Part shown: piece after piece, positions 1 through 12,330 of the stretch | Numbering within the stretch: the first letter of the stretch is position 1 | How the letters are laid out: every line of letters begins with the position of its first letter | Source: Octopus bimaculoides | Taxonomy: Eukaryota | DNA: 55,016 nucleotides | Reading direction: 5' to 3' | NCBI RefSeq assembly: GCF_001194135.2 | Contig: NC_069001.1 | Coordinates: 36,809,747 to 36,864,762 of the forward strand | The notes under the pieces: model-generated | What the model saw: only the letters and a program-made list of their open reading frames with translations | Database searches by the model: none | What the model was told of the DNA's origin: nothing | Made by a program: the position numbers and the translations under genes

Positions 1-1185
1 ATATATAAATAAATATATATATATATATAAATAAATATATATATATAATTAAATAAATATATATATATAATTAAATAAATATATATATAAATAAAATATA
101 TAAAAAAATAAATATATACATAAAGAAATAAATATATATATAAATAGATGAATAAATAAATAAAATATATATAAATAAATGTATACATAAAGAAATAAAT
201 ATATATATAAATAAATAAATATATATTTAAATAATATATATAAATAAAGATACATATAAATATATATATATATAAATATATAAATAAATATATAAATAAA
301 TACATAAATATATAAATAAATATATACATAAAGAAATAAATATATATATAAATAGATGAATAAATAAATGTATACATAAAGAGATAAATATATATATAAA
401 TAAATAAATATATATTTAAATAATATATATAAATAAAGATACATATAAATATATAAATAAATATATATTTAAATAATATATATAAATAAAGATACATATA
501 AATATATAAATAAATATATCAATAAATATATAAATAAATATATATATAAATAAATAAATATATGAACAAATAAATGAATATATATATAAAAAAATAAATA
601 TATACATAAATAAATAAATATATACATAAATGAATATATATATAAATAAATAAATATATACATGAATAAATATATAAATATATATATAAATAAATAGAAT
701 ATATAAATAAATAGAATATATAAATAAATACATAAATAAATAAATATATAAATAAATACATATATATATAATTAAATAAATATATATATAAATAAATAAA
801 AACTTATATAAATAAATAAATATATGAATAGATAAATAAATATATAAATGAATAAATATATAAATAAATATATATATATAAATAAATAGAGATATAAATA
901 AATATATATATATAACTAAATAGATATATAAATAAATAAATGAATATATATATAAATATATAAATAAATAAAAACATATATAGATAAATAAATATATATA
1001 TATATAAATAAATATATATATACATAAATATATGAATAGATAAATAATATAAATGAATATATAGCTATATAAATATATAAATAAATAAATAAATTTATAA
1101 ATAAAAGAATATATATATAAAAAAATAAATATATATTTATTTATTTATATATATTATTTATTTATTTATTTATTTGTATATATAT
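1..1185. repeat. AT-only low-complexity block of mixed (ATAA)n/(AT)n words; orientation flips at ~1135
   Basis: Almost entirely ATAA/ATAT words with sparse ATGA, ACAA, ACAT and AGAT variants. The Y/I/L/F-rich ORFs here are translation artefacts. Confidence 0.95.
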
Positions 1186-1186
1186 T

Positions 1187-4100
1187 CAGGCAGGAAATAA
1201 AGAAAAGAACGGACGTACAAACGAACGTATTACGTAGACCGGAATTAGCGAAAGAACGTCTTACGAACGAACGTACGTACGTAAGTAGAACGAACGTACG
1301 TACGTAAGTAGAACGAACGAACGTACATATATACGTACGTACGAACGATTGAATGAAATAACGTAAATACGTACGAACGTAAGTACGTACGTAGGCAGAA
1401 AATAACTAAAGAACTACGAACGAACGTACGTACGTATTACGTGGGCAGGAATTAACGAAAGATCGTGCATACGTACGTACGAACGAAAGTTCGAATGAAT
1501 GAACGAACGTACGTACGTATTACGTAGGCAGGAAATAACGAAAGAACGAACGTACGTACGAACGAACGAACGTACGTAAGTACGAACGATTGAAGGAACG
1601 AACGTACGTACGCAGGAAGGAAATAACAAAAGAACGTACGTACGAACGAACGTACCTACGCAGGGAAAAAATAACGAAAGAACGAACGTACTTACGTTCT
1701 TTCGTTATTTCTTACTTGCGTATGTACGTTCGATTGTTGAATCATTCGTACGTTCGTTCGATCCTTCATACGTACGTACGTACGTAAATCCGTTCGTCCG
1801 TCCGTACGCACGTAAGTACGTTCGTTCCATCCTTCATTCGTACGTTTGCAGGAAATAACGTAAGTACGTACGAACGAATGAACGTACGTTTGAACGAACA
1901 AACGAACGTACGTACGAACGAACAAACGTACATATAGACGTACGTACGTACGAACGAAGGAATGAACGTACGTACGCAGGAAGGAAATAACGAAAGAACG
2001 TACGTACGTACGAACGAACTTACGTTCATTCGTTATTTCTTACCTGCGTACGTAAGTTCGTTCGTATGTATGTATGTTCGTTCGTACTTACGTAGGTACG
2101 TTCGTTCCTTCATTCGTACGTTTACAGGAAATAACGAAAGAACGTACGTACGTACGAACGTACATACTCCGGAAGGAAATAAGGAAAGAACGGACGTACG
2201 TACGAACGAACCAACAAACGAACGAAAGAACGGACGATCGAACGAACATCCGTACGAAAGAACGATTGAACGAACGAACGTACGTACGAGCGAACGTACA
2301 TATAGACGTACGTACGTACGAACGAAGGAATGAACGTACGTAAGCAGGAATGAAATAACGAAAGAACGTACGTACGTATGTACGAAAGAACGTACGAACG
2401 AACTTACGTACGTACTTACGTTCATTCGTTATTTCTTACCTGCGTACGTAAGTTCGTTCGTTGAATCGTTCTTATGTATGTATGTTCGTTCGTACTTACG
2501 TAGGTACGTTCGTTCTTTCATTAGTTCGTACATACGTAAGTACGTTCGTTCGATCGTTCATACGTACGTACGTAAGTTCGGTAGTTAGTCTGTACGTACG
2601 TAAGTACGTTCGTTCCTTCATTCGTACGTTTACAGGAAATAACGAAAGAACGAACGATCATACGTACGAACGATCATACGTACGAACGAACAATCGAACG
2701 AATTCAAGATCGAACGTACTTACGTAAGTAAGAACGAACGATGGTGCGTATGTACGTACGAAACACCGAATGAACGTACGTACGTATGTCCGAACGAACG
2801 TACATACGAACGAACAGTAGAACGAATAAAAGAATGGACGTACTTGCGTAAGTATGAACGAAGGAATTAACAAACTATCGTACGTGCGAACGTATAAATT
2901 AACGAAAGAAAGAACGAACGAACTTACGTACGTACTTATTAACGTTCGTACGAACGAACGAACATACGTCCATACGTATGCTCGTACTAACGAACGAACG
3001 TACGTACATACGTACGTAGGAAAGACTGAACGAACGTACGTACGAACGAACCAACAAAAGAACGAACGATCGAACGAACATACGTACGAACGAACAAAAG
3101 AACGAACGAACGAAAGATTGAACGAACGAACGTACAATCGAAAGTACGTACGTACATACGTACGTACGAACGAACAAACGAACGTGCGTACGTACGTAGG
3201 TAGGAAATAACGAAAGAACGTATGAACGAACGAACGAATGAACGAACGAACAAACATACGTACGTGCGTAAGAACGAATGAATAAACGAACGTACGTAAT
3301 TGCGACCGAACTAACGAACGTACGTACGAAAGAACGTACGTACGAACGAACTTACGTGCGTACTTACGTTCATTCGTTATTTCTTACCTGCGTACGTAAG
3401 TTCGTTCGTATGTATGTATGTTCGTTCGTACTTACGTAGGTGCGTTCGTTCTTTCATTAGTTCGTACATACGTAAGTACGTTCGTTCGATCGTTCATACG
3501 TACGTACGTCAGTTCGTTAGTTAGTCTGTACGTACGTACGTAAGTACGTTCGTTCCTTCATTCGTACGCTTACAGGAAATAACGAAAGAACGTACGAACG
3601 AACAATTGAAGGATCGTACGTACGTACGCCGGAAGGAAATAACGAAAGAACGGACGTACGAACGATCATACGTACGTACGTAAGAACGAACAATCGAACG
3701 AATTCAAGATCGAACGTACTTACGTAAGTAAGAACGAACGTTCGTGCGTACGTACGTACGAAACACCGAATGAACGAATGAACGTACGTACGTATGTCCG
3801 AACGAACGTACATACGAACGAACAGTAGAACGAATTAAAGAATGGACGTACTTGCGTAAGTATGAACGAACGAATTAACGAACTATCGTACGTGCGTACG
3901 TATGAATGAACGAAAGAACTAACGAACGAACTTATGTACGTACGTATTAACGTTCGTACGTACGAACGGACGAGCGAACAAACAAACGAACGAACGAACG
4001 TGCGTACGTACGTAGATAGGAAATAACGAAAGAACGTATGACCGAACGAATAAACGAACGTACGTAATTGCGACCGAACGAATGAACGTACGTACGAAAC

Positions 4101-7100
4101 AACGAAAGAACGAACGTACGAACGTATTACGTAGGCAGGAAAGAACGAAAGAACGTACGTACGAACGAACGTACGAACGAAGGAAAGTACGTATGAACGA
4201 ACGAACTTTCTTACGAACAAACGAACGAACAAACAAACGAATGAACGTACTTACTTACGACCGAGCGAACGAACGAACGTACGTAGGAACGAACGAACGA
4301 ACGTGCAAACGTACGAATGAAGGAACGAACGTATTACGTAGACAGGAATTAGCGTTCTTTTGTTCGTTCGTTCGTACGTATGTTCGTTCGATCGTTTGTT
4401 CTTTCGTTCGTTCGTTCAGTCGTTCCTACGTACGTATGTACGTACGTTCGTTCGTACGTACTTACGTTCTTTCGTTATTTCTTACCTGCGTAGGTACGTT
4501 CGTTCGTTCTACTTACGTACGTACGTTCGTTCTTTCATTCGTTCGTACATACGTACGTTCGTTCGATCGTTCATACGTACGTAAGTTCGTTCGTCGTACG
4601 TACGTTCTTTCGTTATTTCCTTCCTGCGTACGTACGTTCGTTCCTTCAATCGTTCGTACGTATGTATATATATACGTTCGTTGTAATTACGTAAGTACGT
4701 TCGTTTGTTCGTAAGTACGTACGTTCTTTCGTTATTTCCTGCCTACGTATTAAGTACGTACGTTCGTTCGTACGCTCTTTCGTTATTTCCTGCCTACGTT
4801 CGTTCGTACTTACGTTCTTTCGTTATTTCTTATCTGCGTACATACGTTCGTTCGTTCAATCGTTCGTACGTACGTATATATGTACGTTCGTTTGTACTTA
4901 CGTTCGTTCGTACGTTCTTTCGTTATTTCTTTCGTGCGTACGTACGTTCGTTCCTTCAATCGTTAGTATGTACGTACGTGTATATGTACGTTCGTTCGTT
5001 CGTTCGTACGTTAGTACGTACATTCGTTCGTACTTACGTACGTTCTTTCGTTATTTCTTGCCTACGTATTAAGTATGTACGTTCGTTCGTACTTACGTTC
5101 TTTCGTTATTTCTTATCTGCGTACATACGTTCGTTCGTTCAATCGTTCGTACGTACGTATATATGTACGTTCGTTTGTACTTACGTTCGTTCGTTCGTTA
5201 GTACGTACATTCGTTCGTAATTACGTACCTTCTTTCGTTATTTCCTGCCTATGTAATACGTACGTACGTTCGTTCGTTTCTTCGTTCGTACGTAGGTTCT
5301 TTCGCTAATTCCTGTCTACGTAATACGTTCGTTTGTACGTACGACCGTTCTTTCGTTATTTCCTGCCTACGTATGTACGTACTTACGTTCTTTCGTTATT
5401 TCTTACCTGCGTACGTACGTTGAATCGTTCGTACGTACGTTCGTTCGTTCGATCGTTCATACGTACTTACCTACGTAAGTTCGTCCGTACGTACGTAAGT
5501 ACGTTCGTTCCTTCATTGGTACGTTCGTTTGTTCGTTCGTTAGTTCCTACGTACGTTCGTTCGGTCGTAAGTATGTATGTTTATTCGTTTGTTTGTTCGT
5601 TCGTTTGTTCGTAAGAAAGTTCGTTCGTTCATACGTACTTTCCTTCCTTCGTACGTTCGTTCGTACGTACGTTCTTTCGTTCTTTCCTGCCTACGTAATA
5701 CGTCCGTACGTTCGTTCTTTCGTTGTTTCGTACGTACGTTCATTGGTTCGGTCGCAATTACGTACGTTCGTTTATTCGTTTGTTCGTTCGTTCTTTCATT
5801 CATTCGTTCGTTCGTTCATACGTTCTTTCGTTATTTCCTACCTACGTACGTACGCACGCTCGTTCGTTCGTTCGTACGTACGTATGTACGTACGTACTTT
5901 CGATTGTGCGTTCGTTCGTTCAATCGTTCTTTCGTTCGTTCGTTCGTATGTTCGTTCGATCGTTCGTTCTTTCGTTCGTTTGTTGGTTCGTTCGTCCATT
6001 CGTACGTACGTACGTTCGTTCAGTCGTTCCTACGTACGTATGTACGTACGTTCGTTCGTACGTACTTACGTTATTTCTTACCTGCGTAGGTACGTTCGTT
6101 CGTTCTACTTACGTACGTACGTTCGTTCTTTCATTCGTTCGTACATACGTACGTTCATTCGTTCGTTCGTTCGTACGTTCTTTCGTTATTTCCTTCCTGC
6201 GTACGTACGTTCGTTCCTTCAATCGTTCGTACGTATGTATATATATACGTTCGTTGTAATTAGGTAAGTACGTTAGTTCGTTCGTACGTTCGTTTGTTCG
6301 TAAGTACGTACGTTCTTTCGTTATTATCTGCCTACGTATTAAGTACGTACGTTCGTTCGTACGCTCTTTCGTTATTTCCTGCCTACGTACGTACGTTCGT
6401 TCGTATTTACGTTCTTTCGTTATTTCTTATCTGCGTACATACGTTTGTTCGTTCAATCGTTCGTACGTACGTATATATGTACGTTCGTTTGTACTTACGT
6501 TCGTTCGTACGTTCTTTCATTATTTCTCTCGTGCGTACGTACGTTCGTTCCTTCAATCGTAAGTATGTACGTACATGTATATGTACGTTCGTTCTTTCGA
6601 TCGTTCGTTCGCTCGTTCGTACGTTCGTTCGTTAGTACGTACATTCGTCGTAATTACGTCCGTTCTTTCGTTATTTCCTGCCTACGTACGTACGTACTTA
6701 CGTTCTTTCGTTATTTCTTACCTGCGTACGTACGTTCGTTCGTTGAATCGTTCGTACGTACGTTCGTTCGTTGAATCGTTCGTACGTACGATTGTTCGTT
6801 CGATCGTTCATACGTACGTACCTACGTAAGTTCGTCCGTTCGTCCGTACGTACGTCAATACGTTCGTTCCTTCATTCGTACGTTTGTACGTTCGTTTGTT
6901 CGTTCGTTCCTTCCTACGTACGTTCGTTCGTTCGGTCGTAAGTATGTACGTTTATTCGTTTGTTTGTTCGTAAGAAAGTTTTTTCGTTCATACGTACTTT
7001 CCTTCGTTCGTACGGTCGTTTGTTCGTTCGTTATTTCGTTATTTCCTACCTACGTACGTACTCACGTTCGTTTGTTCGCTCGTTCGTTCGTATGTACATA

Positions 7101-9198
7101 CGTACGTACGTACTTTCGATTGTACGTTCGTTCGTTCAATGGTTCTTTCATTCGTTCGTACATACGTACGTTCGTTCGATCGTTCATACGTGCGTACGTA
7201 CGTAAGTTCGTTCGTTCGTAAGTACAAACGAACGTACATATATACGTACGTACGAACGATTGAACGAACGAACGTATGTACGCAGATAAGAAATAACGAA
7301 AGAACGTAAGTACGAACGAACGTACGTACGTAGGCAGGAAATAACGAAAGAGCGTACGAACGAACGTACGTACTTAATACGAAGGCAGGAAATAACGAAA
7401 GAACGTACGTATTTACGAACATACGAACGAACTAACGTACTTACGTAATTACAACGAACGTATATATATACATACGTACGAAGGATTGAAGGAACGAACG
7501 TACGTNNNNNNNNNNNNNNNNNNNNNNNNNNNNNNNNNNNNNNNNNNNNNNNNNNNNNNNNNNNNNNNNNNNNNNNNNNNNNNNNNNNNNNNNNNNNNNN
7601 NNNNNNNNNNNNNNNNNNNNNNNNNNNNNNNNNNNNNNNNNNNNNNNNNNNNNNNNNNNNNNNNNNNNNNNNNNNNNNNNNNNNNNNNNNNNNNNNNNNN
7701 NNNNNNNNNNNNNNNNNNNNNNNNNNNNNNNNNNNNNNNNNNNNNNNNNNNNNNNNNNNNNNNNNNNNNNNNNNNNNNNNNNNNNNNNNNNNNNNNNNNN
7801 NNNNNNNNNNNNNNNNNNNNNNNNNNNNNNNNNNNNNNNNNNNNNNNNNNNNNNNNNNNNNNNNNNNNNNNNNNNNNNNNNNNNNNNNNNNNNNNNNNNN
7901 NNNNNNNNNNNNNNNNNNNNNNNNNNNNNNNNNNNNNNNNNNNNNNNNNNNNNNNNNNNNNNNNNNNNNNNNNNNNNNNNNNNNNNNNNNNNNNNNNNNN
8001 NNGAACGTACAATCGAAAGTACGTACGTACATACGTACGTACGAACGGACGAGCGAACAAACGAAAGAACGAACGTATTACGTAGGCAGGAAAGAACGAA
8101 AGAACGTACGTACGAACGAACGTACGAACGAAGGAAAGTACGTATGAACGAACGAACTTTCTTACGAACAAACGAACGAACAAACAAACGAATAAACGTA
8201 CTTACTTACGAACGAACGAACGTACGTAGGAAGGAACGAACGAAAAACGAACGTACAAACGTACGAATGAAGGAACGAACGTACTTACGTACGTACGGAC
8301 GAACGGACGAACTTACTTAGGTACGTACGTATGAACGATCGAACAAACGAACATACGTACGAACGATTCAACGAACGAACGTACGTGCGCAGGTAAGAAA
8401 TAACGAAAGAACGTAAGTACGTACGTACGTAGGCAGGAAATAACGAAAGAACGGACGTACGGACGATCGTACGTAAAACGAACGTATTATGTAGACAGGA
8501 ATTGTCGAACGAAAGAACGTACGTTCGAACGAACGTACGGACGTATTACGCAGGCAGGAAATAACGAAAGAACGTACGTAATGACGAACGAACGTACGTA
8601 CTAACGAACGAACGTACGAACGAACGTAAATACAAACGAACGTACATATATACGTACGTACGTACGATTGAACGAACGAACGTATGTACGCAGATAAGAA
8701 ATAACGAAAGAACGTAAGTACGAACGAACGTACGTAGGCAGGAAATAACGAAAGAGCGTACGAACGACCGTACATACTTAATACGTAGGCAGGAAATAAC
8801 GAAAGAACGTACGTACTTACGAACAAACGAACGTACGAAAGAACTAACGTACTTACGTAATTACAACGAACGTATATATACATACGTACGAACGAATGAA
8901 GGAACGAACGTACGTACGCACGAAGGAAATAACGAAAGAACGTACGTACGAACGAACGTACTTACGTACATATGAACGATCGAACGAACGTACGTATGTA
9001 CGAACGAATGAAAGAACGAACGTACGTACGTACGAACGAACGAGCGAACAAACGAACGTGCGTACGTACGTAGGTAGGAAATAACGAAAGAACGTATGAA
9101 CGAACGAACTTTCTTACGAACAAACGAATAAACGTACTTACTTACGACCGAACGAACGTACGTAGGAACGAACAAACGAACGTACAAACGTACGAATG
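1187..9198. repeat. CpG-rich complex satellite of ACGA/ACGT tetramers with a recurring GGAAATAACGAAAGAACG landmark, in both orientations
   Basis: Read directly. The landmark or its reverse complement recurs roughly 50 times by eye. Mainly forward 1187-4335 (with short inverted islands), reverse ~4340-7220, forward ~7220-9198. Contains a 496-N gap at 7506-8001. Confidence 0.95.
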
Positions 9199-9298
9199 NN
9201 NNNNNNNNNNNNNNNNNNNNNNNNNNNNNNNNNNNNNNNNNNNNNNNNNNNNNNNNNNNNNNNNNNNNNNNNNNNNNNNNNNNNNNNNNNNNNNNNNN
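9199..9298. other. Exactly 100-N gap, likely an unsized scaffold join
   Basis: 100 N exactly, whereas the other large gaps have non-round sizes (496, 677, 651). It separates the satellite from unique sequence. Confidence 0.75.
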
Positions 9299-9465
9299 AC
9301 ACAAATAGAAGCTTTTTTTTTTTTTATCAATTTTTATCCTGAAAATCGTCTGCATAAATTACACAGGTGTGCAAATTATATGGGTTTTTACGGTAGTCAA
9401 AAATGCTGTCAAAGGAGTTACCTTAATCATCTTCATACTCATTATTAATTTCTTGAAGAACTTAC

Positions 9466-9644
9466 CTGATATAATGGTTAATATTTCCTTTTAGAGCAAT
9501 ACTGGCATAAAAATAAATGACTGTAGGAGTCCAGAAGATGGCAAAGCAACCAAGAAGCGATGTAACCATGTAAGTTGACTTTCTCTCTTGGCTTGTTATG
9601 GCTGACCGTGTCACAGAACATTCCTGAATAGCAATCACTTTGGC
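9466..9644 (-). CDS. Class A GPCR coding exon 4 (ICL3-TM6-ECL3): AKVIAIQECSVTRSAITSQERKSTYMVTSLLGCFAIFWTPTVIYFYASIALKGNINHYI
   Basis: Acceptor ttatttattttgatag|GCC (phase 0) and donor ATCAG|gtaagt (phase 2); 179 nt open. FxxFWxP TM6 motif and E6.30. Not in the ORF track; translated by hand. Confidence 0.92.
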
Positions 9645-10540
9645 CTATCAAAATAAATAAAATATAAAATTTACAACCACATGGTTTCAAGTTCAGTTTC
9701 ACTGCATGGTACCGTAGGCATTGGTTATTGGTCATAATGAACCAATCACTGTCCACTTAAAGAAGCATCGGTACAATCTGGATGGAACAACCATCACAAG
9801 GTATTTTTGTTTGAACTCACAGGTTTGTCAGATTTTTCTCATTGATATTTACATCAATCAATAAACATCAGTCTGTGTGTGTGTATGTGTGTGTGTGTGT
9901 GTGTAGTTCAAATTTACAGAAAACAAGACAAAGGTAGGTAAGGGAACAACAAGCATTTTTGTGGCTTAACATCACATATCTGAATCAGACCGGGGACGAA
10001 CTGAATCGCCAGCCTATGACTACAAATAGATGGTGTAAAAACCATTCACTGGTTTGCCATGATGAGGCTTACATAAGATTAAATTCAACCATGAATTTCA
10101 GTTGTTAAGGGCAAGAATTAAAACTAAAAATTAGTGGACAGCCAGTTTTTACAATTGAATTATAAAGATTTCATATAATGAGAGAAGGTTATGTCGAACT
10201 TCTGCTTGCACATGGAAATTACATCAGAGAAACGATTTCAAAGGGAGAATATTATAAGGAGTAATTCACAGCAACAGGAAATAGACAGAGTGATCTACTT
10301 CCTATATATATATGCACTATAAGATTGTGTATAAATGCACAGTCACCCCTCAGACCGACTCCACCAGGGTTTACATTGGTGGCATGATTGATTGAAACAC
10401 TATTATTTTGCACTTCCAAGCACTTTCTCTAATCGTCATCATCATCATCATCATTTAACATCTGTTTTCCATGCTGGCATGGGTTGAGTGTTTTCTCTAA
10501 TAGTTCCAGGAAACAATCAACCTCCCTCACCACCTGTATA

Positions 10541-10769
10541 CAAGGGGCTACTGAAAAGTTCCTGACTTCAAGGTTATCACAAAAGGCCTGATTGGAGGTC
10601 TAAACTTCCTAGTTTTTTTGTTTTTTTTTACAGGGCTTAGAAAAACTGAAGGACCACTGCAATAAGTGTGTGAATCTGGGAGGGAGAATGTATTGAATAA
10701 AATCATAATTAACTGATCCTCCTGTATTTTCTTTTACCCAAACCAGGATCTTTCTTCAGCACCCCCTCG
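10541..10769 (+). mobile_element. Mariner-derived MITE, copy 1
   Basis: TA-flanked TIRs (CAAGGGGCTACTGAAAAGTTCCTG ... CAGGATCTTTCTTCAGCACCCCCTCG). Internal remnant QGLEKLKDHCNKCVNLGG resembles a mariner transposase C-terminus. Confidence 0.85.
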
Positions 10770-10777
10770 TATATATA

Positions 10778-10994
10778 TGAAGGGGTGCTATAAAGTTCCT
10801 GGTATTAAGGATATTGCAAAGGGCCTGGATGGAGGTCCAACCTTCCGAGCTCTTTTACAGGGATTAGGAAAACTGAAGGACCGTTGCAATAAGTGAGTGA
10901 ATCTGGGAGAGGAATACATTGAATAAAATTGTAATTAACTGATTCTCCTGTATTTTCTTTTAACCAAAGCCAGGAACTTTTCACCACCTCCTTG
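10778..10994 (+). mobile_element. Mariner-derived MITE, copy 2 (tandem, same orientation)
   Basis: TIRs TGAAGGGGTGCTATAAAGTTCCTGG ... CCAGGAACTTTTCACCACCTCCTTG followed by TA. Internal QGLGKLKDRCNK*VNLGEEYIE*. Confidence 0.85.
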
Positions 10995-11188
10995 TACACC
11001 ACCCCACAGCTGAAGTCTGGCCCTATAACCTGTCCAGATATACTGCGTGTGGTGAAATTCCATATATAAGCCTGGGAAAATGGACATTAAAATAATGACG
11101 ATGTCATTGTAATTCCTCTTCGGATAACAAACACCAAGATTTATTGCAACAACATTGAGTTGACATATAATATCATTGACATATTTAC

Positions 11189-11328
11189 CTGTTTCCGGGC
11201 AATTCGTATCAGAGGAACGTATAAGCACGTCATTATGGTCAATGGCAGGAATAGTTGAATGATAAAAAGTATATTGGTATGTGCAAACCGGAATATGTTC
11301 TCATACCGACAAGCTCCTACGTATTCTC
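11189..11328 (-). CDS. Class A GPCR coding exon 3 (ECL2-TM5): (G)EYVGACRYENIFRFAHTNILFIIQLFLPLTIMTCLYVPLIRIARKQ
   Basis: Acceptor ttctttttatttttcag|GA (phase 1) and donor AAACAG|gtaaat (phase 0); 140 nt. Contains the ECL2 Cys, P5.50 and Y5.58. The reading frame closes soon after the donor. Translated by hand. Confidence 0.92.
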
Positions 11329-11580
11329 CTGAAAAATAAAAAGAATTATATTTTCATGCTAATTTGAATTAATCCATTCTGTGAACTAATCATCTTAAAA
11401 ATTTTATTTGCCAAAATACATGCATATACATATAATATACAAACATATTTATATATAGGTATGGTGGTGCAAACAGGAAAAATAGAACACAAAATATGAA
11501 TATAGTTTGATAAGTGCCAACAGATGAAACTCTCAGCCTTTGAGTCAATCTGTTGCTTCTGCTAATATACATACATCCAA

Positions 11581-11705
11581 CATCATCATCATTTAACGTC
11601 CACATTCCATGCTGGCATGGGTTGGACAGTTTGGCATGGAGCTGGCCAGACTCCAGTTATTTGCTGTGGCATGGTTTCTATGGTTGGATGCCCTTCCTAA
11701 TGCCT
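11581..11705 (-). mobile_element. (GAT)n-tailed retroposon (family B), 3' fragment
   Basis: catcatcatcatttaacgtccacattccatgctggcatgggttgg...ggatgcccttcctaatgcc; the same motif set recurs more than 10 times in the window. Confidence 0.8.
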
Positions 11706-12330
11706 ATATGAACCCCACTATATGACTGCTACATAGTTATTAAACAGCACTTCCATTATTAACCACAGGAAGGTGAAAAGAAAATTGAACTGGGTTGGAT
11801 TTAAACTCAAAACATACAGCTACGTAGCAAACATCGGTACATGGAACCTTATTTTATTAGAAAAATGAACACATTTTTTTTACAATGTTGTCCTGGATGT
11901 ACTAAAAGGATTGGATGGTCACAAATGGAATGTCTTTTATTATAGTTCTCCTCAGTCAAGCTGACCTGAGGCTTAAAACCATCGATAACAACACTACCAC
12001 TATTATTGTCATAATCATCATCACCCTCATCATTATCACCACCACCATCAACTATTATATGCTAATGACAGAGCTTCAGCACAGTCTCTTTGATCTCCTA
12101 AAACACCAGCTAAATTTTGCTCAAATCACACCCTACATTCCAAAATAAGGAAAAGATGCATTAGACAATAGGGTCCAAGATCCCCCTCACAAAGACAAGT
12201 TAGTCATGGCTGGAATGTCTTAAATCATAGCTCTGCCTGATTGTGGTTGACCTGGGGCGAAACAAGAAGCACCACCATTCCCACCTGGAAGACAGATTAT
12301 GAAAGAGAAAGAGCAGAGATGTTTGCTTAC

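Noticed and set aside
1187-9198. CRISPR-like appearance of the recurring 18-nt landmark
   Set aside because: The intervening sequence is itself tetramer repeat rather than unique spacers, spacing is irregular, the context is eukaryotic and there are no cas genes.
49-9330. Dozens of long ORFs (YIYL-, FVRTYVRS- and NERT-rich) in the track
   Set aside because: They are translations of AT and ACGN repeats that lack stop codons; they occur in all frames and show no domain structure.
9299-9465. Possible TM7 exon using acceptors near 9407, 9351 or 9340 (one gives SIFDYRKNPYNL...)
   Set aside because: No hydrophobic helix and no NPxxY; the frames stop quickly or encode poly-Lys.
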